DNA of 64,000 nucleotides from a virus, in IMG/VR virus record IMGVR_UViG_3300045988_081431, positions 1 to 64,000 of that record. One strand, 5' to 3'. Under the pieces are notes generated by a model. It made no database searches and was not told the DNA's origin. It worked only from the letters and a program-made list of their open reading frames with translations. Below are positions 27,893-36,838 of the stretch, piece by piece. The position numbers were made by a program, and so were the translations under genes. Numbering within the stretch: the stretch's first letter is position 1; each line of letters starts with the position of its first letter.

Positions 27893-30800
27893 TTAAGCAT
27901 TATTTTGTTTTAATTCCAATGGTTTAACCTTGGTGATTGTGTCGCCACGCACTTGGATATAATACCCAACACCGACTTTGAGTTCCACCAAGTAGTTTGA
28001 CCACATAACATATTTGTTACCAACATGGTCGAATACATATGCCATAGGTTTGCCAGCCTTGGTTGTTTTCGTTTTGAAATCAGACACGATAATTGCCTTA
28101 ACGTCACGACCGTTTGCCAAATTCGTGTTATATGCTTTTAAAGGGTCTTCAAACGTACACCCAAGGTATTCATACCTAAGAGATACCACAGGCATCCTAC
28201 AGCTCAAATTTGGGCGTTCTATGAGCATTATAGAGTTGTACTTGTCTGTCCATTCTTGGATTTTCTTTTCGATGTTCTGTTTCTTTTTATCCAAAGACTT
28301 TAATTCTTTGTCAGAGAACAACCCATCGTTTGTATACATGGTGTCTTCGTGTTGTTGCAACTTGGATTGCCACTCATGTATTTTATCTAAAGCGTTCTTA
28401 CGGTCTTTATCATATGATTTATACTCAGGGATTAACGCCATGAGTTCATGTGTATTACCCAAGAAGTCCAATGCACCACTACCGACTAGACCCTGTAATT
28501 GTAACTTAGAGTATTTACTGAAGATGGCATCTATTGTGTATTCGTGTGGTTTTTCAATCTTGTTGATACCCTTGATGTACGAAAGACCAACACGCACAGA
28601 ACCATCTTCAACTGTCCATTCACGTTGACTGTGGCGTAAGTCAGGTGGTAAAATCTTGATGCCCTTACGTTGCATCTCTTGGATGTACGGCAAGATTTTC
28701 TCTTGGTTGCCATCTTCGGAGTTGATGGTTGCCACATAAAATTCAAGCGGATAGTGTGCCTTGAGATATGCCGTTATGTATGCCATGTATCCGTATGATT
28801 GAGAATGAGCCTTATTAAATCCATAACTTGCAGCCGCAATAATCTGCTCAAGTATCTGCTGTGCGACATTTGGGTCTGTTCCATTAGAAACAGCACGGTC
28901 AACAAATTCAGATGTAATCTCTTGCATTAAATCATGGTCTTTTTTACCAACCGCTCGTCTCACAGTATCAGCTTCCGCCATTGAATATCCTGCGATAATC
29001 TGACATACACGCATAATTTGTTCTTGGAATATCATGAGACCATATGTTTCACCCAAAGGCTCTTCCAATCGTTCATCCAAGTATTCAAACGGCTTGCCTT
29101 TTCGGCGTTCGATATACTCATCCAACATCCCTGTAATAATACACGCTGGTCTATATAATGCAACCACGGCGATTAAATCAACGAAGTTCTTTGGAGCAAC
29201 ACTCTTAAGAGTACGAACCATACCAAAAGATTTCATTTGGAATACGCCGAGCGTATCGCCCCTACATAGTAAGTCAAGCGTTTCTTTATCATCCCAAGGT
29301 AACTTGGCTAGGTCAAGCGTGTCTTTAACACCTGCCATCGTTACGCAATCATTGATTACATCCAAGGTTCTAAGACCAAGTATGTCTTCTTTGAGAAACC
29401 CCATTGACTCTAAATGTTTAAAGTTTGTGGATGTCACAAAGGTTTCTTCTTTTGTTTGAGAGTTCTTTTGCATCTCCAATGAGCAATACTTGGTAATGTC
29501 TTGGTTGGAAACAATGACTGCCGATGCGTGTTTACCAAAGCCAGTCATGATACCAACCAGCTTCTTAGCGAGTTCAAACATCTTAGGATGTTTACCATCG
29601 TTTACATAATCAAGTTTAGCATACTCAAGGTCATTATCGTGAAAATCTTCATCATCGTCAAAAGATACATCTTTGATTTTCTTTGAGTATGCATCTGCGA
29701 TATTGTGGTCTATATTAAGACATCGTGCAGCCTCTTTTAATGCTCCAGATGCTTTCATATATGAAAATGTACGACATTGGTATACATATTTGTATTTCTT
29801 TTCTAAGTAATCAATGACCTCTCCTCGTCTAACTTTAGAGCAATCGTTGTCGATGTCACCAGCAGATACTCGGTTTGGGTTTGCAAACCGTTCAAAATAC
29901 AAGTTGTTTGTAATAGCATCCAAAGATGTAATATCGAGTAAATATGCACACTCACATCCACCAACGGAATTATGGACTATCGTTTGATTCCCAACATATG
30001 AATGGTCTACTACCACTTGAATGTCATATACTGTTGTATCTTTTTGAGGAACAGATTCAATAGAGTGGACTTGATGAACAAAATATTCATCTAAATCTAA
30101 ATTAGGCTTTGCCGTCTTTTTAAATAAAGAGCAATTAAACCATTCACCAAACAATTCTACAAATCTCTCATAATAGGCTGGTTTAATAATCGTTTTATAT
30201 TCGTTGCACCAGTTCTCGTTAGCATGTACTCTTTTTGTAATATAACTATCAATACCAAGCGTTGATAACACGAATTTAACTTGAGAACATAAGTCGTAGT
30301 TAATTGAACTATAGTTTATTTTGTCTTTTGCTGTAATAACTTTTGGAACATAACCATCGGTAGAAAATAAACCCATTAGTAAATTAACCCTTTGTTCAAA
30401 AGTGCCGTGTACCAAAAAGTCAGGAATGTGTTTTGTACTTGCGTTCTCTCCAAGCATTTTTTTTAACACTTTAGCGAATACTGTAGAATATGTGTGTATT
30501 TGAACACAAGTATTTCTTTTATTCCAACTTTGAGATACATCGTGACCAAACAAAGATTGTACCAGAGAAATATAATCTTGGTGATACTTGCCTTGTTTAT
30601 TGTTGAAAGCACACCCAAAATTCCAGTTATTTTCTTTGCGAGTCCAGCCATTACCAATAAAATATCCAATAAATCTAGCAAGGTTTCCTGTGACTAGCAA
30701 CTCTGGATTGTATTTGTTTTTTACGGCTTCAAAATGTTGATTACCAAGAAAAATTAAACCATTTTCTTCTCTATACTCATCTAAGTAATCTCGAAGATTG

Positions 30801-32284
30801 ATTTTTTCTATAGCTTTGGTTGAGTCAGCAAAGCATTTTGGATAAAATACATAATCTCCTTTTTCTAATCCACTCACAGGCATCCATTGTGGCTCTGGTT
30901 TTATTTTATGACAACATTTTTTCTTGCAATTAACTGAGCAATATTTTCGTAATTTTGTATTACCATTATAAACAACACATTCTTTTTGTTTGATTGCAAG
31001 GAATTTATGGTCATTGGTATAGTTCATTGGGTCATTTGAAGACACTTTAATTGTAGTCAACGGTTCTTTAATATTATAAGAGAACACATTTTCTACTACT
31101 CTTGGATTACCTGTATGAGATACCACAATATCTCCAACACGAATATCTTCAATATTTTTAGTCATTCCATTAGACATTAATACTTTAGTGCCTTTTTCAG
31201 AGCATCCACGACCATGTCCAACTGGAATATCACGCTTTCGACAAGCATCGAGAATATCTTTGGTAATCAACAAGTAGTCCATATACCCAACTTGTTCCAA
31301 AATGTCAATCTCGTGCAACACACGCTCGTCAACACGCTTTTTAAATTCAGGCGTGACCTTACCGATAATCTTTTGTTTATATCCATCACGCAACGCCTGT
31401 AGAAACACAGGTTTTACATCCCCATCTTTAACAAACTTAGGGTACACATCTAGGTTGAAATCAACCTGTGTATTACATTTGTCAAAAATAACATTGGTGT
31501 TTTCAACCATTGTTTCAACCATATCAACACCGAATTGTGGATACAGACGGTCAAACACTTGTGCTTCCGATTGGATAAAGAAGTCGTTTGAACCATAGTA
31601 TTGGTCTTCATCATCATCTTGTGAACGACCACGGAATGCCTTGTGGAGTGCATAATCTTCTTCGTATACATAATGGCTGTCGCATGCGGCAATCAATGGA
31701 ACATCGTATTTTGCACCCATTTCTGCAACCATTTCATTAAACCGTTTTTGGTCTTCATGTTGGTACGTGTGGATTTCAAAATACAAGTCGTCACCAAAGA
31801 TGTCTTTGAACTGCGGAATCAGAGACTCACGGTTCTCACCCTTTAACCATCCACCCATGCATGCAGACGTGCAGATTAACCCCTCAGAATACTTGCGTAT
31901 CATATCAAGGTCACATCTTGACTTGTAATAATAATGCTTGTGTGCTTCACTAGTGAGTTTGAACAAGTTCTCAAGTCCGACTTGATTTTTCGCAAGAAAC
32001 AAGATATGATTATATGACTTGTCCTTAATGTGGACATCATATGTATAATACAATTCAGAACCCATCACAAGTTTTAAATCTGTGCCATGTTTCTTGTTGT
32101 ATTTCTGTAGATGCACATATGTTTCAATCAAGCCTGAACAACCATTATGGTCTGTAAGTGCAAACCCTCGTTGCCCAAGTTCGTGTACACGCTTAATGAT
32201 GCCATCCACAGAACTGATTGCATCTTTCATCCCATAGTTTGAAAACTGAGAGTGTAGATGCAGATGAATAAAGTTATCTGACAT
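27893..32284 (-). CDS. dnaE: DNA polymerase III alpha-type replicase (DnaE-like, PHP domain) containing an intein
   Basis: N-terminal PHP motif 'HLHLHSQFS...TDHNGCSG'. The palm motif 'VGHGRG'/'SVGG' is split by the intein. Conserved 'LGVFQMKS' and 'IALYRPA'-like stretches are present. AGGAGG RBS. Confidence 0.85.
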   Translation of the reverse strand: MSDNFIHLHLHSQFSNYGMKDAISSVDGIIKRVHELGQRGFALTDHNGCSGLIETYVHLQKYNKKHGTDLKLVMGSELYYTYDVHIKDKSYNHILFLAKNQVGLENLFKLTSEAHKHYYYKSRCDLDMIRKYSEGLICTSACMGGWLKGENRESLIPQFKDIFGDDLYFEIHTYQHEDQKRFNEMVAEMGAKYDVPLIAACDSHYVYEEDYALHKAFRGRSQDDDEDQYYGSNDFFIQSEAQVFDRLYPQFGVDMVETMVENTNVIFDKCNTQVDFNLDVYPKFVKDGDVKPVFLQALRDGYKQKIIGKVTPEFKKRVDERVLHEIDILEQVGYMDYLLITKDILDACRKRDIPVGHGRGCSEKGTKVLMSNGMTKNIEDIRVGDIVVSHTGNPRVVENVFSYNIKEPLTTIKVSSNDPMNYTNDHKFLAIKQKECVVYNGNTKLRKYCSVNCKKKCCHKIKPEPQWMPVSGLEKGDYVFYPKCFADSTKAIEKINLRDYLDEYREENGLIFLGNQHFEAVKNKYNPELLVTGNLARFIGYFIGNGWTRKENNWNFGCAFNNKQGKYHQDYISLVQSLFGHDVSQSWNKRNTCVQIHTYSTVFAKVLKKMLGENASTKHIPDFLVHGTFEQRVNLLMGLFSTDGYVPKVITAKDKINYSSINYDLCSQVKFVLSTLGIDSYITKRVHANENWCNEYKTIIKPAYYERFVELFGEWFNCSLFKKTAKPNLDLDEYFVHQVHSIESVPQKDTTVYDIQVVVDHSYVGNQTIVHNSVGGCECAYLLDITSLDAITNNLYFERFANPNRVSAGDIDNDCSKVRRGEVIDYLEKKYKYVYQCRTFSYMKASGALKEAARCLNIDHNIADAYSKKIKDVSFDDDEDFHDNDLEYAKLDYVNDGKHPKMFELAKKLVGIMTGFGKHASAVIVSNQDITKYCSLEMQKNSQTKEETFVTSTNFKHLESMGFLKEDILGLRTLDVINDCVTMAGVKDTLDLAKLPWDDKETLDLLCRGDTLGVFQMKSFGMVRTLKSVAPKNFVDLIAVVALYRPACIITGMLDEYIERRKGKPFEYLDERLEEPLGETYGLMIFQEQIMRVCQIIAGYSMAEADTVRRAVGKKDHDLMQEITSEFVDRAVSNGTDPNVAQQILEQIIAAASYGFNKAHSQSYGYMAYITAYLKAHYPLEFYVATINSEDGNQEKILPYIQEMQRKGIKILPPDLRHSQREWTVEDGSVRVGLSYIKGINKIEKPHEYTIDAIFSKYSKLQLQGLVGSGALDFLGNTHELMALIPEYKSYDKDRKNALDKIHEWQSKLQQHEDTMYTNDGLFSDKELKSLDKKKQNIEKKIQEWTDKYNSIMLIERPNLSCRMPVVSLRYEYLGCTFEDPLKAYNTNLANGRDVKAIIVSDFKTKTTKAGKPMAYVFDHVGNKYVMWSNYLVELKVGVGYYIQVRGDTITKVKPLELKQNNA
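29969..31204 (-). mobile_element. intein with LAGLIDADG homing-endonuclease domain (412 aa, residues 361-772)
   Basis: Begins with Cys ('GHGRG|CSEKGTKVLM'), has block B 'TNDHKF' and LAGLIDADG motifs 'LARFIGYFIGNGW' and 'LLMGLFSTDGYV', and ends 'TIVHN|S'. Removing it restores the DnaE 'GRGS' motif. Confidence 0.85.
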
Positions 32285-32320
32285 ATTTTACCTCCTGTTT
32301 GAAAACATTTTTATTCGTTA

Positions 32321-32349
32321 TTGACATTATATCACAAGTGGTGTATAAT
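32321..32349 (+). promoter_or_regulatory. sigma70-type promoter for the ssb operon
   Basis: TTGACA (32321-32326), 17-nt spacer, TATAAT (32344-32349). Confidence 0.65.
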
Positions 32350-32354
32350 TGCAA
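32326..32354 (-). promoter_or_regulatory. sigma70-type promoter for dnaE, sharing the same DNA as the ssb promoter
   Basis: On the minus strand: TTGCAA (32349-32354), 17-nt spacer with TGn, TATAAT (32326-32331). Confidence 0.55.
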
Positions 32355-32407
32355 GTGAAGTTGATTGAACTTCAAAAGTATTTTTCCGACAGGAAGGACA
32401 AAAGCAT

Positions 32408-33013
32408 ATGGCAAAAGTAATTGACAAAATCGTGGATGTAATGACTCCAGTTGGTGAGTCCGTGTTCTGCAAGATTAATGGTGTTGTTGATGACTATATG
32501 GGTCAAAACAAATACACAATCACCATTAAATTGGATGACAATGATGCCAAAGCATTACAGAAACAATTAACCGAGATTTGGGAATCATCCAACACTCATG
32601 ATGCACGAGTGGATGAAGAAAAAGAGGTTGATAGACCTAAGTTCCCAATCACGAAGTCAAAAGAGTATGGATGGCAACTAAAGGCATCTACCAAGACTGA
32701 GTTTACCGACAAAAACGGTAAGGTTCACGAGAATGTAATTCGTTTGGTAGACGGCAACAAAAAGCCAATGGATGAAAAGACTCAAATTTGGAAAGGGTCT
32801 AAAGTTGCATTATGGCTTGGTGCTAAACCATACGAAACACCAACGATGTACGGTGTGTCACTCAAACTCAAGGGTATCCAAGTTATCGACCTGATTACTG
32901 GCAGTGCAGGTGGTGCATTCGGTGGTTCTGCATCCGACAATGTACAATCCTATGAGGACTCTCCAATGACTGAAGCCTTTGGTGGCTCTGAGGATGACTC
33001 CATCCCATTCTAA
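32408..33013 (+). CDS. ssb: single-stranded DNA-binding protein
   Basis: 201 aa. Gly-rich linker and acidic C-terminal tip '...SEDDSIPF', like the bacterial SSB tail DDDIPF. It sits beside the replicase gene. Confidence 0.65.
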   Translation: MAKVIDKIVDVMTPVGESVFCKINGVVDDYMGQNKYTITIKLDDNDAKALQKQLTEIWESSNTHDARVDEEKEVDRPKFPITKSKEYGWQLKASTKTEFTDKNGKVHENVIRLVDGNKKPMDEKTQIWKGSKVALWLGAKPYETPTMYGVSLKLKGIQVIDLITGSAGGAFGGSASDNVQSYEDSPMTEAFGGSEDDSIPF

Positions 33014-33043
33014 TGTTTAAAACAACTGAATAATCCAAAATCA

Positions 33044-33071
33044 ACCCAAGTCAAACGGCTTGGGTATTTTG
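33044..33071 (+). terminator. terminator after ssb
   Basis: ACCCAAG / TCAAACGG / CTTGGGT, followed by ATTTTGG. Confidence 0.5.
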
Positions 33072-33123
33072 GCGTACAAACAATTATGTTGAAAATTTTG
33101 TGTCTAAATTTTGGTTTTCGCTA

Positions 33124-33152
33124 TTGACAAAATACAACTTTTGTGATACCCT
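33124..33152 (+). promoter_or_regulatory. candidate promoter (extended -10) of an ORF-free unit
   Basis: TTGACA, 17-nt spacer ending in TGa, TACCCT. The -10 element is weak. Confidence 0.4.
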
Positions 33153-33158
33153 ATCAAA

Positions 33159-33413
33159 CTTAAGTATTAATACATAAGAATACCTTAGTATATACCTAAG
33201 TATGAATACCTAAGTTTGCATACTAGGGTATGAATACTTGGGTATGAATACATTGGTTATTCATACCTATGGTATTAATACTTAAGTCTTAAAACTGTAG
33301 TTCCCCATACATATGTTTTCACTCTCTGTTTTTCTACTTAAGGTATTCATACAGTAGTGGAATACTTGTTTGGTAACATTAGTATTCTCATTACATTCGA
33401 ATACTAATGTTAC
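33159..33413. repeat. array of 10-bp palindromic boxes GTAT(G/T)AATAC plus long inverted repeats
   Basis: - Boxes at 33164, 33200, 33228, 33242, 33257 (rc-like), 33272 and 33343.
- CTTAAGTATTAATAC (33159-33173) is the reverse complement of 33272-33286.
- 10-bp hairpin at 33241-33267.
- 15-bp perfect inverted repeat 33373-33387 / 33399-33413. Confidence 0.8.
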
Positions 33414-33443
33414 AACGACAAACCATATGAATTGCTTCGCAAT

Positions 33444-33467
33444 AATCGGCAAGCCGATTGATTTTTT
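33444..33467 (+). terminator. terminator-like hairpin closing the ORF-free unit
   Basis: AATCGG / CAAG / CCGATT, followed by GATTTTTT. Confidence 0.45.
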
Positions 33468-33488
33468 CTTAGTCAGACAAAAACTTTC

Positions 33489-33517
33489 TTGACTATGAGA
33501 AACAGGTATGCTATAAT
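33489..33517 (+). promoter_or_regulatory. sigma70-type promoter
   Basis: TTGACT, 17-nt spacer, TATAAT, upstream of the gene at 33569. Confidence 0.6.
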
Positions 33518-33568
33518 GAGTGCATAACAAGTCAGAAACAAATTATTGACCGACAGGAGGAACAAATC

Positions 33569-33889
33569 ATGGAACCAGTAGTAAGTCCAATTTTAGTGTA
33601 TTTCATTTATTTAACTGACACGATTAAGATATTTGCTTTATTGATGGGTATTCTTTTATTGGCATTAGCATTAGCGTTTGATATGATAGAAGAACCAATT
33701 AAGTCTAAATGGGCATGCATTATTGGAGTAATTCTGTTCTTGATTGGGATATTTACTCCATCAAGAGAAGCTATTATTGCAATGATTGTGGCTCAACACG
33801 TTACACCAGATAACCTTAACATCGCAAACGAAGTTCTTCAAAACAATATTCATGATTACTTGACAATCATTCTTAATGCAAAACCATAA
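33569..33889 (+). CDS. small membrane protein
   Basis: 106 aa with three hydrophobic segments and an AGGAGG RBS. Confidence 0.6.
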   Translation: MEPVVSPILVYFIYLTDTIKIFALLMGILLLALALAFDMIEEPIKSKWACIIGVILFLIGIFTPSREAIIAMIVAQHVTPDNLNIANEVLQNNIHDYLTIILNAKP

Positions 33890-33900
33890 AGGAGCATACC

Positions 33901-34239
33901 ATGGCAACCGACTTTAAAAACCAAGACCAAAAGAAAAAAGCATGGACACTTGCCATGCAATACTTTAAGAAGTGTACCAAGAATGGTGCTTTCAAAAATA
34001 ACAAACCTACGTCAGAGTTCTTTAAGGTTCGCTCATTCTTCATGCAAATTGATGAGAACTCAATGTTGAAATTACATAAATACATGAACTCATTGGAATA
34101 TAAAGAAATGTCATTAACCGACTTGTTCATTAAAGCAAACGAGTTAAATGCCATTCAGTTCGCAAAAGCGAATACGAATACAACCGTCAGAGAACGCAAA
34201 CAGTTTGACATTGATAAATGGTTGAACGACAATGCGTAG
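33901..34239 (+). CDS. hypothetical protein
   Basis: 112-aa basic ORF with an AGGAG RBS. Confidence 0.55.
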   Translation: MATDFKNQDQKKKAWTLAMQYFKKCTKNGAFKNNKPTSEFFKVRSFFMQIDENSMLKLHKYMNSLEYKEMSLTDLFIKANELNAIQFAKANTNTTVRERKQFDIDKWLNDNA

Positions 34240-34666
34240 AGTCAAACAACTAGGGTTCTTGGTTGTAGACAAGAGAAAACCAAGACCAAGACGTAAAATC
34301 GAAGACATAAACATTAACACGTTCTTGACAAGACTAGGTGGTCACAAATATCTGACCAAGCTAAGAACATCTGATAAAGAAGAAGTGTTTCTTCAATTAG
34401 ACTCTATTGCATCTGTTCATAAATCTTTTGATTACCAATTAGTTGGTAATGCACTCAGGGTGGTCTTTGAGTCAGAGCCAAATCCTTTTGCACGAAATTG
34501 GAACATTGAACACATTGGCTTTGGTTCATACCAAAGAGACAAACGTTCATATCTGTTCATCTTTGATTATACCAAAAATGAAACATTTATATTCATCATC
34601 CGTAAACCATATCCAGAGACAGAACTCGAGATATGGGAAATGTCAGACTTAAATTATTGGGGGTAA
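34232..34666 (+). CDS. hypothetical protein
   Basis: 144-aa ORF that overlaps the upstream gene by 8 nt. Confidence 0.5.
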   Translation: MRRVKQLGFLVVDKRKPRPRRKIEDININTFLTRLGGHKYLTKLRTSDKEEVFLQLDSIASVHKSFDYQLVGNALRVVFESEPNPFARNWNIEHIGFGSYQRDKRSYLFIFDYTKNETFIFIIRKPYPETELEIWEMSDLNYWG

Positions 34667-34667
34667 C

Positions 34668-35300
34668 ATGAATACCGAAAACCATTTGATATACTTTAGA
34701 TTGTGGTACTCATTAGAGATACGTAAGAACTTGATTAAGTTACTGAATTTGATATACGAGCATGGGTATCAAACAATACAACCGACCAATGATGGCTTAT
34801 TGATTTTATCCAATGGAGATTACTTGACCTCTCTTAGACATAAAGACTTTTGTTATCTCGGAGAACAATCTGCCATGACTCATAAGGCTATGCCTGTGGC
34901 TCAATTCATTCAAAAACGCAGAGACACCATTAGACGGTCATTTAAAAACCATCAAGATATTATCAATGACATCGAAAAAACATATACTCAATTACTAAGT
35001 GTTATGGAACATGTGAAAAACCCATACAGTCCATTTGAAGAACTGTATCTGGTTGACCGTGAAAGAATTGTTCGTAACTCGACCATCAACAGTCATTTTG
35101 TGACTCACGTTGACCCAATTAGTGAGTATCTACCGTTAATCGAAGTCAGAGACAACAAGCCTGTTCCTGTGAGAGAATTGGTTAATACTTTGTACTTGCT
35201 AAAGTGTTGTTTTGATGATACAATAGATTACGAAGTTAACACCCTAGTAAAGAAACTACAGGAGGAATACAGTTGGTATGAATACAATCTCAACACTTAA
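34668..35300 (+). CDS. hypothetical protein
   Basis: 210-aa ORF with a GGGGG RBS-like stretch. No motif recognised. Confidence 0.5.
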   Translation: MNTENHLIYFRLWYSLEIRKNLIKLLNLIYEHGYQTIQPTNDGLLILSNGDYLTSLRHKDFCYLGEQSAMTHKAMPVAQFIQKRRDTIRRSFKNHQDIINDIEKTYTQLLSVMEHVKNPYSPFEELYLVDRERIVRNSTINSHFVTHVDPISEYLPLIEVRDNKPVPVRELVNTLYLLKCCFDDTIDYEVNTLVKKLQEEYSWYEYNLNT

Positions 35301-36192
35301 GTACAAAATCGACATTCAAGAACTTGTGGAAGAATACACCGAATTGTCACGAAACGGTGGTCGTATCCCAAGGGGTAAATGTCCGATATGTCATGGGGAT
35401 AACCCAACGGAGTTCTGCATCTTGGAAGACCGATATTACTGCCACAAATGCGGTTCATCTGGTGATGCAATTGGTTTTTATTCCGAAGTAGAGGGTCTAC
35501 CATTCTATCAAGCGGTTGAAGCCTTGGCTGAAAAATACGAGGTGTCTACGGACGACCCTGTGTATCAAAAACAAAAAAGCATCGTTGGTCAGAACACTAA
35601 AGTTGCCATTAAGTATCACAAAGCCGTTGATGCCGTTCGTGAATACATGAATGTTAAACGTGGCATTAATGATGAAATGTTGGAAGAATTTTTGATTGGA
35701 TATGACAAGGGTGGATTCTTGGGTGTACAATCGTCTGGTATTGTCATACCGATTCAAGATGCATATGGTCGTATCGTTGGTTTCTCCAAAAGACGATTGG
35801 AAGAAACGAATGAACCAAAGTATAAGAATACAAAAGAAGACGATGTGTTCGTCAAAAGACAACTACTTTTCAACTATCACCGTGCGGTTAAGATGTTGCA
35901 TCCGAATGGTGTACTTCATGTTGCCGAGGGTTATCTTGATGTCATGTCCGCACACCAACAAGGGATTCCATGCGTTGGGTATCTTGGTGGTCGATTGACA
36001 AAAGACCAGATTGGTTTACTCTGGGAGTTACAAAAGCGATACAATGGTGATATTACATTTGCATTAGCCGTTGACAATCCAGAGTGTGATGCCACAGGTC
36101 GTAAGGCATTGTTGAAGACACGAGAAGACATTAATAAATACGCACCAGATTTAAACGTGCGTGTGGTTAAATATCCGAAAAATGATGAGTAA
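35278..36192 (+). CDS. DNA primase (DnaG-type zinc finger + TOPRIM)
   Basis: CHC2 zinc finger 'CPICHGDNPTEFCILEDRYYCHKCGSSGDAIGF' and TOPRIM-like 'HVAEGYLDVMS' and 'ALAVDNPECD'. Confidence 0.8.
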   Translation: MNTISTLKYKIDIQELVEEYTELSRNGGRIPRGKCPICHGDNPTEFCILEDRYYCHKCGSSGDAIGFYSEVEGLPFYQAVEALAEKYEVSTDDPVYQKQKSIVGQNTKVAIKYHKAVDAVREYMNVKRGINDEMLEEFLIGYDKGGFLGVQSSGIVIPIQDAYGRIVGFSKRRLEETNEPKYKNTKEDDVFVKRQLLFNYHRAVKMLHPNGVLHVAEGYLDVMSAHQQGIPCVGYLGGRLTKDQIGLLWELQKRYNGDITFALAVDNPECDATGRKALLKTREDINKYAPDLNVRVVKYPKNDE

Positions 36193-36361
36193 ATACGATA
36201 ATCTACCGAAAAGAATCGGAATAAGAAAACAAATGTGGATTGATGCACAACCAATGTATTGCGAACCACCATATAATTATGCGTGTAAATTATGTTTGCG
36301 TTGTTGTGTCAATCGCAAAGGCAAAACAAGAAATCGTTGTGGTTTTAAGAAAGCTGGGTAA
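36182..36361 (+). CDS. small Cys-rich protein
   Basis: 59 aa with 'CEPPYNYACKLCLRCC'. The start is uncertain. Confidence 0.35.
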   Translation: MMSKYDNLPKRIGIRKQMWIDAQPMYCEPPYNYACKLCLRCCVNRKGKTRNRCGFKKAG

Positions 36362-36366
36362 ATACA

Positions 36367-36624
36367 ATGGGATATGCACTATTGGATGGTACTTGTGTAT
36401 CATCAATGATTAACAAAGAATATACGGTGAATAGGTATCGGTTTATTACACAATTTGACAATGGATGGATTGCCATTCGTTTTCTTGACGATGTACCAAC
36501 CAATTGTATCAATCAATTCAGTAACATTGGTGCGTTCAATGAATATATCGAGTATTTAAAACGCAAACCACATCATGATGATTATGTAGCCATGGCAACA
36601 TCAATGGAGGAAGACAATGGATAA
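36367..36624 (+). CDS. hypothetical protein
   Basis: 85-aa ORF. Confidence 0.45.
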   Translation: MGYALLDGTCVSSMINKEYTVNRYRFITQFDNGWIAIRFLDDVPTNCINQFSNIGAFNEYIEYLKRKPHHDDYVAMATSMEEDNG

Positions 36625-36838
36625 ACCTTTACTAGATAAGCTGTTTTATATCAATTCGGTGTTTAACTTTGTAGAGCCAATTAATAATCCAATAGAACTA
36701 ATGATTGGTGATACGCTGTATAATATCTATGTTTATTCTGGGTATAGAATCGTAGTAGATAATACGGCAACACAATCGTCAACCGAATTTAAAGACTTTA
36801 TGAGATTCTATGATTTTATCTTGGGAGAAAACAAATGA
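36617..36838 (+). CDS. hypothetical protein
   Basis: 73-aa ORF with a GGAGG RBS. Confidence 0.5.
   Translation: MDKPLLDKLFYINSVFNFVEPINNPIELMIGDTLYNIYVYSGYRIVVDNTATQSSTEFKDFMRFYDFILGENK

Noticed and set aside
28014-28628. 204-aa plus-strand ORF and other antisense ORFs inside dnaE, the tape measure, gpJ and other long genes (for example 14369-14791, 23041-23391 and 8037-8393)
   Set aside because: These are shadow ORFs on the strand opposite long, motif-supported genes. They have no RBS and Cys/Ser/Leu-rich, low-complexity translations.
33159-33413. CRISPR array (also considered for 63752-63945)
   Set aside because: The repeats are only 10-29 bp, are palindromic or in mixed orientation, and have irregular spacing (12-71 bp). 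There are no uniform spacers and no cas genes in the window.
33282-33530. 82-aa minus-strand ORF in the ssb-downstream intergenic region
   Set aside because: It has no RBS, runs antisense through the palindrome array and across the promoter at 33489-33517, and its composition is not protein-like.
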